In this document: positions 25,609-35,166 of the stretch, one piece after another
How positions within the stretch are numbered: position 1 is the first letter of the stretch
Layout of the letters: every line of letters starts with the position of its first letter
Virus record (IMG/VR): IMGVR_UViG_3300042987_001724
Length of the DNA: 51,069 nucleotides
Direction: 5' to 3' (one strand)
Source: a virus
Taxonomy: Duplodnaviria > Heunggongvirae > Uroviricota > Caudoviricetes
Notes under the pieces: model-generated
Seen by the model: only the letters and a program-made list of their open reading frames with translations
The model's database searches: none
Told to the model about the DNA's origin: nothing
Made by a program: the position numbers and the translations under genes

Positions 25609-26996
25609 TTGATGACTACCATCGCTTCTTAGCGAAAAAGTCGCAGGTGTCCCATTCGGTCGGTTTTGAACCGACGTTCATGCCGGATTACCTGTTTGAT
25701 TTCCAAAGTCACTTGCTGTCGTGGTCAATCAGGAAGGGGCGGTCGCTTCTCGCAGAGGACTGTGGACTCGGAAAGACGATTCAACTTCTGGTGTATGCCG
25801 AGAATTGTGTTCGCCGAGAAAACAAACCTGTTTTAATCACGACCCCGCTGGCCGTAGCGGACCAGATTGTTCGCGAGGCAGAAAAATTCGGTATCGAAGC
25901 CGCAAAATCAAGAGATGGAAAACCAGCGAAAAACATCACGGTGACGAACTATGAATCGCTGCATAAGTTTGACGAATCCGACTATTGCGCGATTGGGTGT
26001 GATGAAATAAGCTGCATCAAGGCTTTCGACGGTAAGCGACGAAAGCAAGTCACGCGATTCATGTCCAAGATGAAATACCGTCTCGGTGCCACTGCAACGG
26101 CTGCTCCGAATGACTTCGTCGAATTGGGGACGATATCCGAAGCACTCGGAGAGATGACGCAATCCGACATGATCGGGATGTTTTTCCGATCCAGCGATAA
26201 GAAGCGTCACTCACTATTCAAGGAGGGCGACTTCTGGAATCGTGCAAAGTATTTCTTCCGTGCTCATTCCGAAGTCCCATTCTGGCGATGGGTTTGTTCG
26301 TGGGCGAGGGCGATTCGCTCACCATCGGACCTTGGTTTCGACGGCTCTCGGTTCATCCTCCCCGAACTAGAACTAAACCAGCACGTTGTTGACACAGAGT
26401 TCACCTACCCCGGAGAGTTGTTTCCGCGAATCGCCAGAACGCTCGCAGAACAGCGGATGGAGCGGAAGAGGTCATTGGAGGAGCGGTGTGCGGATGTCGC
26501 CAAGCTCGTCGATCATGACGAACCGGCTTTGGTGTGGTGCCAGTACAACCAAGAGGGCGACTTGCTGGAAAAGATGATTCCGGGCGCAGTTCAAGTAGCT
26601 GGGTGCAATTCCGACGATGAAAAATCTGAGCGACTGAACGGATTTGCTACTGGTCAATTCCGGGTCTTGATCACAAAGCCGAAAATCGGAGCCTTCGGCA
26701 TGAACTACCAGCATTGCGGTCATCACACGATGTTCCCGAGTCATAGCTTCGAGCAGTTCTATCAGTGCATCCGGCGATCACTTCGATTCGGTCGAGTCGG
26801 TAAGGTTCGCGTCGATATTGTCGCGACCGAAGGTGAGGCTGGAGTCACAGAAAACCTGCAACACAAGCAGGAAAAAGCGAACGAAATGTTCGCAAAACTC
26901 GTTCAGTACATGAATGAGTCTCAACGTGTCGAAATTGCTAACAACCACAACCAGAAAATGGAGTCACCATCGTGGCTATCGCCGATCAAGAGTTGA
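25605..26996 (+). CDS. SNF2/DEAD-like superfamily 2 helicase
   Basis: EDCGLGKT Walker A, CDEIS, TATAAPND, QCIRRSLRFG motifs. Confidence 0.85.
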   Translation: MIDDYHRFLAKKSQVSHSVGFEPTFMPDYLFDFQSHLLSWSIRKGRSLLAEDCGLGKTIQLLVYAENCVRRENKPVLITTPLAVADQIVREAEKFGIEAAKSRDGKPAKNITVTNYESLHKFDESDYCAIGCDEISCIKAFDGKRRKQVTRFMSKMKYRLGATATAAPNDFVELGTISEALGEMTQSDMIGMFFRSSDKKRHSLFKEGDFWNRAKYFFRAHSEVPFWRWVCSWARAIRSPSDLGFDGSRFILPELELNQHVVDTEFTYPGELFPRIARTLAEQRMERKRSLEERCADVAKLVDHDEPALVWCQYNQEGDLLEKMIPGAVQVAGCNSDDEKSERLNGFATGQFRVLITKPKIGAFGMNYQHCGHHTMFPSHSFEQFYQCIRRSLRFGRVGKVRVDIVATEGEAGVTENLQHKQEKANEMFAKLVQYMNESQRVEIANNHNQKMESPSWLSPIKS

Positions 26997-27994
26997 CAGA
27001 TCAATACGCAATCTACAACGCAGACTGCATGGAGGTACTGACCGGATTGCAGTCGGAAACTGTAGGTTTTTCCGTGTACTCTCCGCCATTTCCGGAACTA
27101 TACCAGTACAGTAATGACCCTCGCGACATGAGTAATTGCGTCAAATACGAAGAGGGAATCGACCAGTATCGGTTCATTGTCAAGCAGATCGCAAGACTCA
27201 CGAAGCCGGGCCGACTCACATGCGTTCACTGCATGGACCTGAAACGCGGAAGCTATTTCCAGAGAGACTTTCCCGGTGACATCGTTCGCGTCCACGAAGA
27301 GGCCGGGTTCAATTTCGTTTGCCGCGTCACCATCTGGAAAGATCCGTGGCTAATCGCACGTCGAACCCGCATGAAGTCGCTTCGACACAAGAACATCTGC
27401 GAAGATTCCGCCACGGTCAGGATCGGCCCAGCGGATTACGTCTTGGTGTTCAAAAAGGGGTGGGCGAACGAAGAAAAGATTACCCACCCCGAGGGGCTGA
27501 AAACATACGCCGGGCAAACAGAAATACCGCCAGAGCTTGTGGCAAGATTCAAGGATTACAAGGGGGACCAGAAGAAAAACCTCCTGTCTCACTGGATCTG
27601 GCGGAGATACGCATCGCCAGTATGGATGGACATCCGAACGGGAAGGTTGTTGCCGTTCAATGAATCGAAAGAAAACGAAGAGGAGCAGCATGTTTGCCCA
27701 TTGCAACTCGATGTTATCGAACGGTGCCTGACGCTATACAGCAATCCAGACGATGTTGTGCTTACTCCATTCATGGGGGTCGGGAGTGAGGTTTACCAGT
27801 CGGTTTCAATGGGAAGGAAGGCCATCGGGATCGAACTGAAGCCAAGCTATTACCGGCAGGCGAAGCGAAACCTCGAAACAATTGGATCAGGTGAGCAGTA
27901 CATCACCAATTCCATCGTTGACATTGAAGACGATGGTGATATGGATGGTGATGGCGATGACGAAACACTGGCTGACGACGGAGAGTTCGCATGA
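26972..27994 (+). CDS. DNA N4-C/N6-A methyltransferase (beta class)
   Basis: YSPPF catalytic motif precedes VLTPFMGVGS SAM-binding motif. Confidence 0.85.
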   Translation: MAIADQELTDQYAIYNADCMEVLTGLQSETVGFSVYSPPFPELYQYSNDPRDMSNCVKYEEGIDQYRFIVKQIARLTKPGRLTCVHCMDLKRGSYFQRDFPGDIVRVHEEAGFNFVCRVTIWKDPWLIARRTRMKSLRHKNICEDSATVRIGPADYVLVFKKGWANEEKITHPEGLKTYAGQTEIPPELVARFKDYKGDQKKNLLSHWIWRRYASPVWMDIRTGRLLPFNESKENEEEQHVCPLQLDVIERCLTLYSNPDDVVLTPFMGVGSEVYQSVSMGRKAIGIELKPSYYRQAKRNLETIGSGEQYITNSIVDIEDDGDMDGDGDDETLADDGEFA

Positions 27995-28365
27995 AGGAGC
28001 GTCTCGTCAAAAAGTGGTTTTGCGAGCACTGCAAGAAATCCGGCGGACGGCGGGACATCATCGAGCGTCACGAATCGGCATGCACCGGGAATCCGAATCG
28101 GTCATGCCGCTGCTGTCTCATGGCGGGACAAAAGCAGGCGAGCATCCGAGAACTGCTGACAGCACTGGCGAAGGATATCGACCGTGAACAGACGATTTTC
28201 TCCGGGGTCGAGTTGACATCACTTCGCGCCATCACCAACGGTTGCCCGGCCTGTATTCTGACGGCGATTCGAAACTCTCCGCAACCAGTATGGGCCGATT
28301 TCACATTCGCTGACGAGATGGCGGCTTGGCTCGAAATTCACGGGACACAAAGGGGCGACGAGTGA
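27991..28365 (+). CDS. Hypothetical zinc-binding protein
   Basis: CxxC...HxxxC and CxxC pairs; ATGA coupling. Confidence 0.65.
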   Translation: MKERLVKKWFCEHCKKSGGRRDIIERHESACTGNPNRSCRCCLMAGQKQASIRELLTALAKDIDREQTIFSGVELTSLRAITNGCPACILTAIRNSPQPVWADFTFADEMAAWLEIHGTQRGDE

Positions 28366-28934
28366 CGCCAGACCTGTTCAGCGAACCAGCCGAATCACTG
28401 CACAACTACCCGTCAACGGACGTCAGACGGTGGATCGGCTGTTCTCTTTCCGGGGCGGTGTTTGACGAAACCGAAAAATACCGATTCAGCCTATGGAGGC
28501 GATGGATTGAAGAATGCCCTGTTTCGCGAATGGTGGCGTTCTGCGGCCTCAACCCGAGCACGGCGAATGCTGAGAAGCTCGACAACACAACAAAGAAATG
28601 CGTGAAGCTGTCGCGGTCATGGGGCTATGACGGCTTCATCATGCTCAATCTGTTCGCGTGGCGCGACACCGATCCGTTTGCCATGAAGGCGGTCCCGGAA
28701 CCAATCGGCTACGAGAATGACGTCGTTCTGGCGACAGTAGCCCGGTCATGCGGCCTGTTCGTCTGTGCTTGGGGAACCCACGGGACACATCTGGACAGAA
28801 ACACCAGCGTTCGCAATCTGATTGCTGGTAATCATGTCCAAGCCCATTGCTTGGCCGTCACGAAAGACGGTCACCCGAAACATCCGCTTTATTGCCCAGA
28901 CTCATCGCGGCCGATTCCCTACTCATTGCAGTAG
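28362..28934 (+). CDS. DUF1643-family protein
   Basis: YRFSLWRRW, CGLNPSTA, NLFAWRDTDP, CAWG, GHPKHPLY motifs. Confidence 0.85.
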   Translation: MTPDLFSEPAESLHNYPSTDVRRWIGCSLSGAVFDETEKYRFSLWRRWIEECPVSRMVAFCGLNPSTANAEKLDNTTKKCVKLSRSWGYDGFIMLNLFAWRDTDPFAMKAVPEPIGYENDVVLATVARSCGLFVCAWGTHGTHLDRNTSVRNLIAGNHVQAHCLAVTKDGHPKHPLYCPDSSRPIPYSLQ

Positions 28935-29255
28935 GATCTTTTCGTGCAGGTCCGCGATTGAATTCAGGATCACCATTTGATCGCCCATGTCCAATGATTC
29001 GCAGGATTGAACCTTGCGGCGCAGTTCGGCAAACGCGGCCTCGAATTCGTTCCGGGGCTGGATGAGACGAATCAGGTCTCGCGTCATTTCCGATTTTAGT
29101 GCAGCGGCGTTTTTCTCAAATTCAGCCGTCCCCCTGCCGAGTGCGTGACGAGATACCTTGCGATTGATGGCAACCACGAGCTTCGCCGACACCAGTGTTG
29201 ACCCACTGGACTGATCGTCGCGACTGGTGAATGTGATCTTATCGGCGATCTTCAT
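28923..29255 (-). CDS. Hypothetical protein
   Basis: Last gene of the leftward operon; converges on DUF1643. Confidence 0.65.
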   Translation of the reverse strand: MKIADKITFTSRDDQSSGSTLVSAKLVVAINRKVSRHALGRGTAEFEKNAAALKSEMTRDLIRLIQPRNEFEAAFAELRRKVQSCESLDMGDQMVILNSIADLHEKILLQ

Positions 29256-29767
29256 TTCGGACTACCGCCACTTGCAAGCTCAGCAGCAATGACTTCTGGC
29301 GTTCGCTTGTGCTGATACCACTTTTCCCGCTCGCCATAGTCGCACCGTTCATTATCCGTGTACGCCTTGCAGGACGCATGCAGTTTCCGCAGTGCATCCA
29401 TTGCCGACAGGCTTTCCGATTCCCTGAATAACGCCAATGCGTCACACAGAACGAGATGCGTATCGAGCCACATTGACGAAAATGTCTCCAGTTCCGTGGC
29501 GTCATAAAACTGGAGTTCCACTTCCTTCCACAGAGTCTTAAGTAAACCCATGTGTGGATGGCTTGACTTGTGAATCTCATCGGAATGCTCCGCCATCGTC
29601 CGAAGCAGCCTGTCTCGCATGTCGGAAAGTGCGTTACGGCTTTCTCGTTCCTGTTGCTCCAACAACTTGATGCGAGCAGTCAGTTTTTCCCTGTCGCAAA
29701 CGTGCCGATGCGCATTGTCGAGGTCATTCATTAACGATTCGCCGCACAGATCGCATGCAAGAAACAT
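29252..29767 (-). CDS. Hypothetical protein (CxxC..H..C)
   Basis: TAATG coupling at 29767. Confidence 0.6.
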   Translation of the reverse strand: MFLACDLCGESLMNDLDNAHRHVCDREKLTARIKLLEQQERESRNALSDMRDRLLRTMAEHSDEIHKSSHPHMGLLKTLWKEVELQFYDATELETFSSMWLDTHLVLCDALALFRESESLSAMDALRKLHASCKAYTDNERCDYGEREKWYQHKRTPEVIAAELASGGSPK

Positions 29768-30030
29768 TACTCTTCCCCATTCCTGAACAACCGATCCATC
29801 AACCACTGACCGTGACAGGCTTCGCACACAAACATTCGGTCGCTGTCATCAATCCTGTCGTCCGCCGGGATCAGGGCCGCTGACGATACGGTGTGTGTTG
29901 TCAGTTCCCCGCCAAGATCCTCGATGTGGCATATCTTCCGTCCGCATCGTTCACACCCCACTAAGACTCGCATTTCGCGGTCACGTCGCATCTGGCCTGC
30001 CGCGTCATCTGGGGCGGAATCGAGGCTCAT
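29767..30030 (-). CDS. Small zinc-finger-like protein
   Basis: CERC and CEAC pairs; coupled overlaps. Confidence 0.6.
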   Translation of the reverse strand: MSLDSAPDDAAGQMRRDREMRVLVGCERCGRKICHIEDLGGELTTHTVSSAALIPADDRIDDSDRMFVCEACHGQWLMDRLFRNGEE

Positions 30031-30221
30031 GTCTCGCCTTTCGTTCGATAGCAGCGGACCGCGTTTGATGCGGCTGAGGCGAAATTGCCACCCTCGCCGA
30101 GATAGGATCTGCCGTCGGCGTGAATCATCACCCGGTAGGTGTCGCCACGAGGGTCACAGTCGAACGGTTTCAGCGTCGACATCAGAGCTTTGTGTGCGGT
30201 CAGTATCTCGTTGTCGGTCAC
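30027..30221 (-). CDS. Small hypothetical protein
   Basis: 4-nt overlaps with neighbours on both sides. Confidence 0.6.
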   Translation of the reverse strand: MTDNEILTAHKALMSTLKPFDCDPRGDTYRVMIHADGRSYLGEGGNFASAASNAVRCYRTKGET

Positions 30222-30571
30222 TTGGTTTCCTCGATATAGATGACGACACGAGGATTCGCTTTGTCCGGGGCGGTGATCTCGACGGGCTTGTAAGTTAGCG
30301 CCGAATCGTTCGCGACGACACCAGCATCAGCCAGACCATCAAAAACCGCCTTGAGGGAAGAAAGGAGGTTGTCTCTATCCCGGCTTCGCTTGTCCTTGAA
30401 CGTGAACACGCAAAGCACGCTGGCTGCTTTCCACATCGGCTTTCCGTGAACAATCGCAGCCGCAAAAGCATTCTCCCTTGCCGCCTTTGTAGCCTTCGCC
30501 TTGACTCTCCAGTGAACGCGAGCGTTTGGACTGAGTTCCTTGGCCGGAAGCGGAACAGAAATGCTGATCAC
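30218..30571 (-). CDS. rusA: RusA-like Holliday junction resolvase
   Basis: RDRDNLLSSLKAVFDGLADAGVVANDS motif. Confidence 0.85.
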   Translation of the reverse strand: MISISVPLPAKELSPNARVHWRVKAKATKAARENAFAAAIVHGKPMWKAASVLCVFTFKDKRSRDRDNLLSSLKAVFDGLADAGVVANDSALTYKPVEITAPDKANPRVVIYIEETK

Positions 30572-30990
30572 GGAAACGCCCCTCTAAGCTGTTCGAGATA
30601 TGGCTGAACCCAATCAATCGTCGCATCGGCACAGAGAATCCCGGCAATGAACTTCCCGGATGCCTGTTTGACCTCAGCTTCGTCAAGCTCGCCTTTTTTC
30701 CACTTAATCCACAGCGACAAAATCCTTCCGTCGATGAGGTGTTCGTGAAAGAACTGGTGATGCGCACGAGCACTGAGATTGATCAGATTCGAAAGAAGAT
30801 CGGGGCGACGACCGACCGAAAAGATATGATTCACTTCAGACGCCCGGACAGGCAACCCGGAGAGTTCTGGAATCCATTTCCTAAACTCGCAATCCGGGTT
30901 TGCCGCGCGGTACGAATCCCGCAACGCTCGATCCTCACTGGGGCGGGAGTTTGTCGGGCTGCGGTGTCGGAGTCGTCCGGTTCGCTTCAT
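30568..30990 (-). CDS. HNH/NinG-like nuclease-related protein
   Basis: ASEVNHIFSVGRR..NLINLSARAHHQ. Confidence 0.6.
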   Translation of the reverse strand: MKRTGRLRHRSPTNSRPSEDRALRDSYRAANPDCEFRKWIPELSGLPVRASEVNHIFSVGRRPDLLSNLINLSARAHHQFFHEHLIDGRILSLWIKWKKGELDEAEVKQASGKFIAGILCADATIDWVQPYLEQLRGAFP

Positions 30991-30991
30991 G

Positions 30992-31010
30992 GAAGTATAT
31001 TAGAAACTTC
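30992..31010. promoter_or_regulatory. 19-bp operator GAAGTATATTAGAAACTTC
   Basis: 8-3-8 motif filling the 26-nt gap. Confidence 0.7.
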
Positions 31011-31016
31011 CCATTC

Positions 31017-32309
31017 TCAAGGCAAGGCGAGGGCGTCGTCGATTCTTTTTCCAATCCAGCGGACAACTGGAATCGCCCATGAATTCCCGATGGCTTTGTA
31101 TCGCGGCCCATCTGGACACTCCGATTCAGGCTTTCCTCTCCATGGAATGCGGGTCCAGTTATCAGGGAACCCCTGAAGCCGCTCCGTCTCAACTGGAGTC
31201 AATCGGCGAACTCGCATTTTTGTGTCACGGACGCACGGGGCGGAACCGGACGCGGAACCGCCATTCGTTCCAAGTGTCCCTGAAATATCGCCAACAGAAA
31301 GATTGGTTCCCCGCGTCTGAAACACGACAACCTGAGCATTCGGGTCCGATGATTGAGTTATCGCACCAACCGCATCGCCAGTTTCGTAGCAGCCAGAATT
31401 TCCTGTCGTCCTGAATGCAATCGCAACCTGACCGCCGCCATTGGCGTGGGAACCGTCGTGATTCATGGATCTCAGCGTCGGGCTGATGTCGCCAGCATCT
31501 GAACCGGAGTCCTTGCATGAAAACGCGATGTAAGTTTCCAGCGTATGATCGTGAGCCGAGTTGCCTTTTGCGCGAAGACAGTTCGCTACTGAATCATCGC
31601 CAGCAACGCTGCCTTCAGGTGTTCGGGGATCTTGCTGCCTCGCTTCTCTGCTCTGCGGAGAATCCCGGCGCACGCCATCGAACTCAAATAATACTTGGGC
31701 GGGATCGATTCCGTCGGTTCGAGAACTTGCGACAACGAACACACGCTTGCGTCGTTGGGCCAGTCCGCAATATTGGGCATCAAGAACCCTCCACGCGACG
31801 ATTCTCTGGGGTCCAACAACAACACCAGCGTTCGGCCACCTTCCCCCTGCTGCGACGAGTTCGCAAACCTCCCCAGACAGTTTTCCAAGAAAGCAACCGA
31901 ATGCGTTGTCGCTTGTTCGCAGGACTCCGGGGACGTTTTCCCAGAAGACAACACAGGGTCGACTTCCTCGAACAAGTCTCGCTGAATCAATGGCATCGGC
32001 AATCTCGCAAAACGTGAGTGACAATTGGCCGCGAGGATCGGAAAGTGAACCATGAAGCCCCGCGACAGAAAACCCTTGGCATGGAGTTCCGCCACAGAAC
32101 ACATCCGGCGAGTTGATCTTGCCTGTATGCAGCATTTCCGGGATTGCTCGCATGTCGCCAAGGTTCTTGACAGACGGGAACCGATGAGCAAGCAACGCCG
32201 AAGGGAACTTCTCAATCTCGGCAAACCACGATGCACGCCACCCTAAAGGCTCCCATGCAACAGAAGCCGCCTCAATTCCGCTGCACACAGAACCAAATGT
32301 AATCGTCAC
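31017..32309 (-). CDS. DNA C5-cytosine methyltransferase (alpha polypeptide)
   Basis: SVCSGIEA, GGTPCQGFS, WENVPG, QRRKRVF, RRLTPVETERLQGFPD, YKAIGNS. Confidence 0.93.
   Translation of the reverse strand: MTITFGSVCSGIEAASVAWEPLGWRASWFAEIEKFPSALLAHRFPSVKNLGDMRAIPEMLHTGKINSPDVFCGGTPCQGFSVAGLHGSLSDPRGQLSLTFCEIADAIDSARLVRGSRPCVVFWENVPGVLRTSDNAFGCFLGKLSGEVCELVAAGGRWPNAGVVVGPQRIVAWRVLDAQYCGLAQRRKRVFVVASSRTDGIDPAQVLFEFDGVRRDSPQSREARQQDPRTPEGSVAGDDSVANCLRAKGNSAHDHTLETYIAFSCKDSGSDAGDISPTLRSMNHDGSHANGGGQVAIAFRTTGNSGCYETGDAVGAITQSSDPNAQVVVFQTRGTNLSVGDISGTLGTNGGSASGSAPCVRDTKMRVRRLTPVETERLQGFPDNWTRIPWRGKPESECPDGPRYKAIGNSWAIPVVRWIGKRIDDALALP
31586..31996 (-). CDS. Nested alternative-frame beta polypeptide of an M.EcoHK31I-like C5 methyltransferase
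   Basis: 136-aa ORF inside the MTase ending CSLSQVLEPTESIPPKYYLSSMACAGILRRAEKRGSKIPEHLKAAL. Confidence 0.75.
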   Translation of the reverse strand: MPLIQRDLFEEVDPVLSSGKTSPESCEQATTHSVAFLENCLGRFANSSQQGEGGRTLVLLLDPRESSRGGFLMPNIADWPNDASVCSLSQVLEPTESIPPKYYLSSMACAGILRRAEKRGSKIPEHLKAALLAMIQ

Positions 32310-32590
32310 GTTGCCCGCCGTCGCTCGTACTCTTCCTCACACGCCACGCAAACCGAGTATTTCGGCCTGTCGTGAACATCCGCACGTTCCAGAATCGCAA
32401 CCTCAAACGTCACTCGCGGCATGATGTCGCTCACATCACGACCGCAGAGTGATTTCCCGTTGTGATCGGCTTCGATTCGCACCGCGCCGTCGTCGCCAAG
32501 CTTCTTTTCACTGAGAATCGCCGGAACCGCATGAACTGGAGCAGACAAACGATCTGACGTGTACCCGGAAATGAACGCAAAATGTGACAT
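32306..32590 (-). CDS. Hypothetical protein
   Basis: Operon-coupled 94-aa ORF. Confidence 0.6.
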   Translation of the reverse strand: MSHFAFISGYTSDRLSAPVHAVPAILSEKKLGDDGAVRIEADHNGKSLCGRDVSDIMPRVTFEVAILERADVHDRPKYSVCVACEEEYERRRAT

Positions 32591-32599
32591 TGGAGCCTT

Positions 32600-33037
32600 T
32601 CAGGGTTGACAGTCCGCAAGGACTGGCATTGCCAGTGCTTCAGAAAACGACCGCGCGAAGTGGATATCCGGGAGCCAGCAAAAGATATTCTCACGATGCC
32701 CGACGACCATGACCTCGCGAAGCAGTCCATATGCCATCCCGAGTTCCACATGACGACCGCCGCGAGAATACGGACTGTTTTCGGGTTCCGTGAACGCAAT
32801 CAGCAGATCGCAGGCGGATACATCCTCTGCATCTTCCTCTGCGAACCTCTGTCGGTTTTTAATTGCCTCTTCGCTCATTTCACCGTTGTCGCCATCGGGA
32901 GGTGAATCCGATCCACCGATGGTGTGATCTCCGGTCAACCATCGGCTGGTGACGACGTGGCCAAGGCTTTCGAGCTTGTCACGGTATCCGCAAAGCTCGA
33001 CACGTCGCCCGTATCTGGACGCCAAATAAATCTTCAC
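32600..33037 (-). CDS. Nucleoside 2-deoxyribosyltransferase-like protein
   Basis: KIYLAS, CDLLIAFTE, GGRHVELGMAY motifs. Confidence 0.7.
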   Translation of the reverse strand: MKIYLASRYGRRVELCGYRDKLESLGHVVTSRWLTGDHTIGGSDSPPDGDNGEMSEEAIKNRQRFAEEDAEDVSACDLLIAFTEPENSPYSRGGRHVELGMAYGLLREVMVVGHRENIFCWLPDIHFARSFSEALAMPVLADCQP

Positions 33038-33053
33038 TGACAGTTCTCCTGAA

Positions 33054-33374
33054 TTAGTCACACCCAAGGGCAGGCCACATATTTTTCAGCCACCGATACG
33101 CAGCGGCGACCGACTTGCATGGGGTCAAACTCGACCTACAAGCCACCGAATCGACTGTCGTGTGAAATCGGCTGAGTTCGGCGACGAGTTCGCCTTTTGC
33201 GGTGTAAAACACGTTTGCCGTTCCCAATTCACCAGAGACGGTGATTGACTTCTTTTTGTAGAGCCACCTCACAGCGTCAGTTCTACTGCGAACGTGGATA
33301 GCCCTGACGACGCTCCTCGCGCCCGGCAATCCCTTCAGCCTCACGAACTGAGGCGGCTTGACAGTAGCTTTCAT
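33054..33374 (-). CDS. Hypothetical protein
   Basis: GGGGAG RBS; co-oriented. Confidence 0.6.
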   Translation of the reverse strand: MKATVKPPQFVRLKGLPGARSVVRAIHVRSRTDAVRWLYKKKSITVSGELGTANVFYTAKGELVAELSRFHTTVDSVACRSSLTPCKSVAAAYRWLKNMWPALGCD

Positions 33375-33387
33375 CGCTCCCCCTTTC

Positions 33388-33723
33388 TCATTCAGACAAC
33401 GGCAACGGCATGTGAGATTTAATCAACGCCAAAACCTCTCCCGCCAAGGCCGACACTCGGCTTCCGACCAGAAGCCCGATTTCCTTGCCGCACTTACTCA
33501 CCGCTGTTTTTGGCTGTAGCTGCCGCAAGGTGTACGAATCTGTCGTTACTGATGCCGTATTCTCGCCAATTGAGAACGTCGCAAGCCCCAACGAGTATTC
33601 GCGGTTAATACCTACGACTGCTTCCCATTTCTTGAGAAGCTCCAGCAGCTTTGCGGACTGAACAATGTCTTCTTCGGTAACGCTGATTTTCATTTTGGTT
33701 TCCATAGCCATGTGACCATCCAC
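33388..33723 (-). CDS. Hypothetical protein
   Basis: GGGGAG RBS; co-oriented. Confidence 0.6.
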   Translation of the reverse strand: MDGHMAMETKMKISVTEEDIVQSAKLLELLKKWEAVVGINREYSLGLATFSIGENTASVTTDSYTLRQLQPKTAVSKCGKEIGLLVGSRVSALAGEVLALIKSHMPLPLSE

Positions 33724-33757
33724 TCCCCAGTTTACGCACGCCAGACGATTCAGATCA

Positions 33758-33776
33758 GAAGTTTTTTAGAAACTTC
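33758..33776. promoter_or_regulatory. 19-bp operator GAAGTTTTTTAGAAACTTC
   Basis: 8-3-8 motif immediately after the dnaB stop. Confidence 0.7.
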
Positions 33777-35153
33777 TCAAAATTGTTGCGAATTTGATTC
33801 GTCAGCAGGTTTCTGGTCTTCAAACCGCATCGTTTCTTTTCGCCACTGCAAATTGACGATGCCAACTGGCCCGGAGCGATGCTTGGCAATGATGATCTCC
33901 GCCAATCCGGGTCGGTCTTCTGGATCGTAGGCATCTGGGCGGTGAAGAAACATGACGATATCCGCATCCTGTTCAATGGCCCCGCTCTCTCGCAAATCAG
34001 CGAGGCGAGGTCGCTTGTCGTCGCGAGTCTCAACGCCGCGATTCAATTGACTCAGGCAAATCACGGGCACATCCAAGTCTTTGGACAGTGCTTTCAGCCT
34101 TCTAGAAATCGCCGCCACCTGATTTTCGCGAGTCGCCTTCTTGTCTTCTGGCTCAATCAATTGCAGATAGTCGATGATGATGATTCCAAGCCCATGCTTT
34201 CGCTTAATCCTGCGGGCAATCGCCTTGATCTGAGCTACCGATCTTGACGCGGTGTCGTCAATCCACATGTTCCCTTGCTGCGAAAGTTCGCTGGACGCCT
34301 CCAAGATTGCGTGCCTGTCGGCTGGTGCGATATTACCCTTCCGAATCGCGTGGCCATCCACCTTCGATCGAATCGCAAGAAACCTTTCCGCCAACTCCAG
34401 CTTCGACTGCTCCAGACTAAACATGAGAGTTGACACACCGCTGGAAATGAACCAGTCCGCCAAATTGCAGACGAATGCGGTCTTGCCCATTGACGGGCGT
34501 GCGGCCAGAATCGTAAGAGTCGTCTTGTGAAACCCATTTGTCATCAGGTCGACGTCAGTGAAACCACTCGAAACACCGGCTACAGCGGTCGGATTCTTGG
34601 ATCTGTGATCAATCGCAGCGATCGTCTCCACGAGGATATCGCCAATCGACATTTCCTGATTCGATGACTTCTGCTGGTCCGCAAGCGCAAACAACGCTCG
34701 TTCATGCTCCTCAAGAACGTCGTCTCCGTCAGCACGAATCGACCGAAGGGAGTCTTGGCAAATGCCTTGAAGCGAACGCAAAGACCATTTTTCTACAACA
34801 ATTCCGGCGTAGTGCGCCGCATGTCCGGAGTGAGGAACGGACTCCAGCAATTGCAGGATGAACGGAACTCCACCGACTTCACTCAGAACTCCGGTCGCAT
34901 CCAGTTTCTCGGCTACCGTCACGGCATCGGCGGGCTTTCCGTTGTCAATCAGGGCACTGATGATTTTGTAAACCGAACAGTGAACATCGCTGTAGAAGTG
35001 CTCAGGCTTCACCAACTCGCAGATGTCGTCATAGACTCGATTGTCGAGCAAAAGTGAGCCGATAAGTGCTCGTTCCGATTCAAGATGCTGCGGCGGGACA
35101 TCAAGGTCGTTGATTGATTTGGTTCGCGGTTTCGATGGGGATTGGACTGTCAT
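33777..35153 (-). CDS. dnaB: Replicative DNA helicase DnaB
   Basis: PPQHLESE, AARPSMGKT, IIDYLQL, SQLNRG, DLRESGAIEQDAD. Confidence 0.95.
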   Translation of the reverse strand: MTVQSPSKPRTKSINDLDVPPQHLESERALIGSLLLDNRVYDDICELVKPEHFYSDVHCSVYKIISALIDNGKPADAVTVAEKLDATGVLSEVGGVPFILQLLESVPHSGHAAHYAGIVVEKWSLRSLQGICQDSLRSIRADGDDVLEEHERALFALADQQKSSNQEMSIGDILVETIAAIDHRSKNPTAVAGVSSGFTDVDLMTNGFHKTTLTILAARPSMGKTAFVCNLADWFISSGVSTLMFSLEQSKLELAERFLAIRSKVDGHAIRKGNIAPADRHAILEASSELSQQGNMWIDDTASRSVAQIKAIARRIKRKHGLGIIIIDYLQLIEPEDKKATRENQVAAISRRLKALSKDLDVPVICLSQLNRGVETRDDKRPRLADLRESGAIEQDADIVMFLHRPDAYDPEDRPGLAEIIIAKHRSGPVGIVNLQWRKETMRFEDQKPADESNSQQF

Positions 35154-35166
35154 TGCAAAACTCCAT

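Noticed and set aside
26485-26525. Self-target of array A4 in the helicase (DVAKLVDHDE)
   Set aside because: Only the first three codons fit the decoded pattern [DE]VAA[CW][IM][DE]S; the rest mismatch
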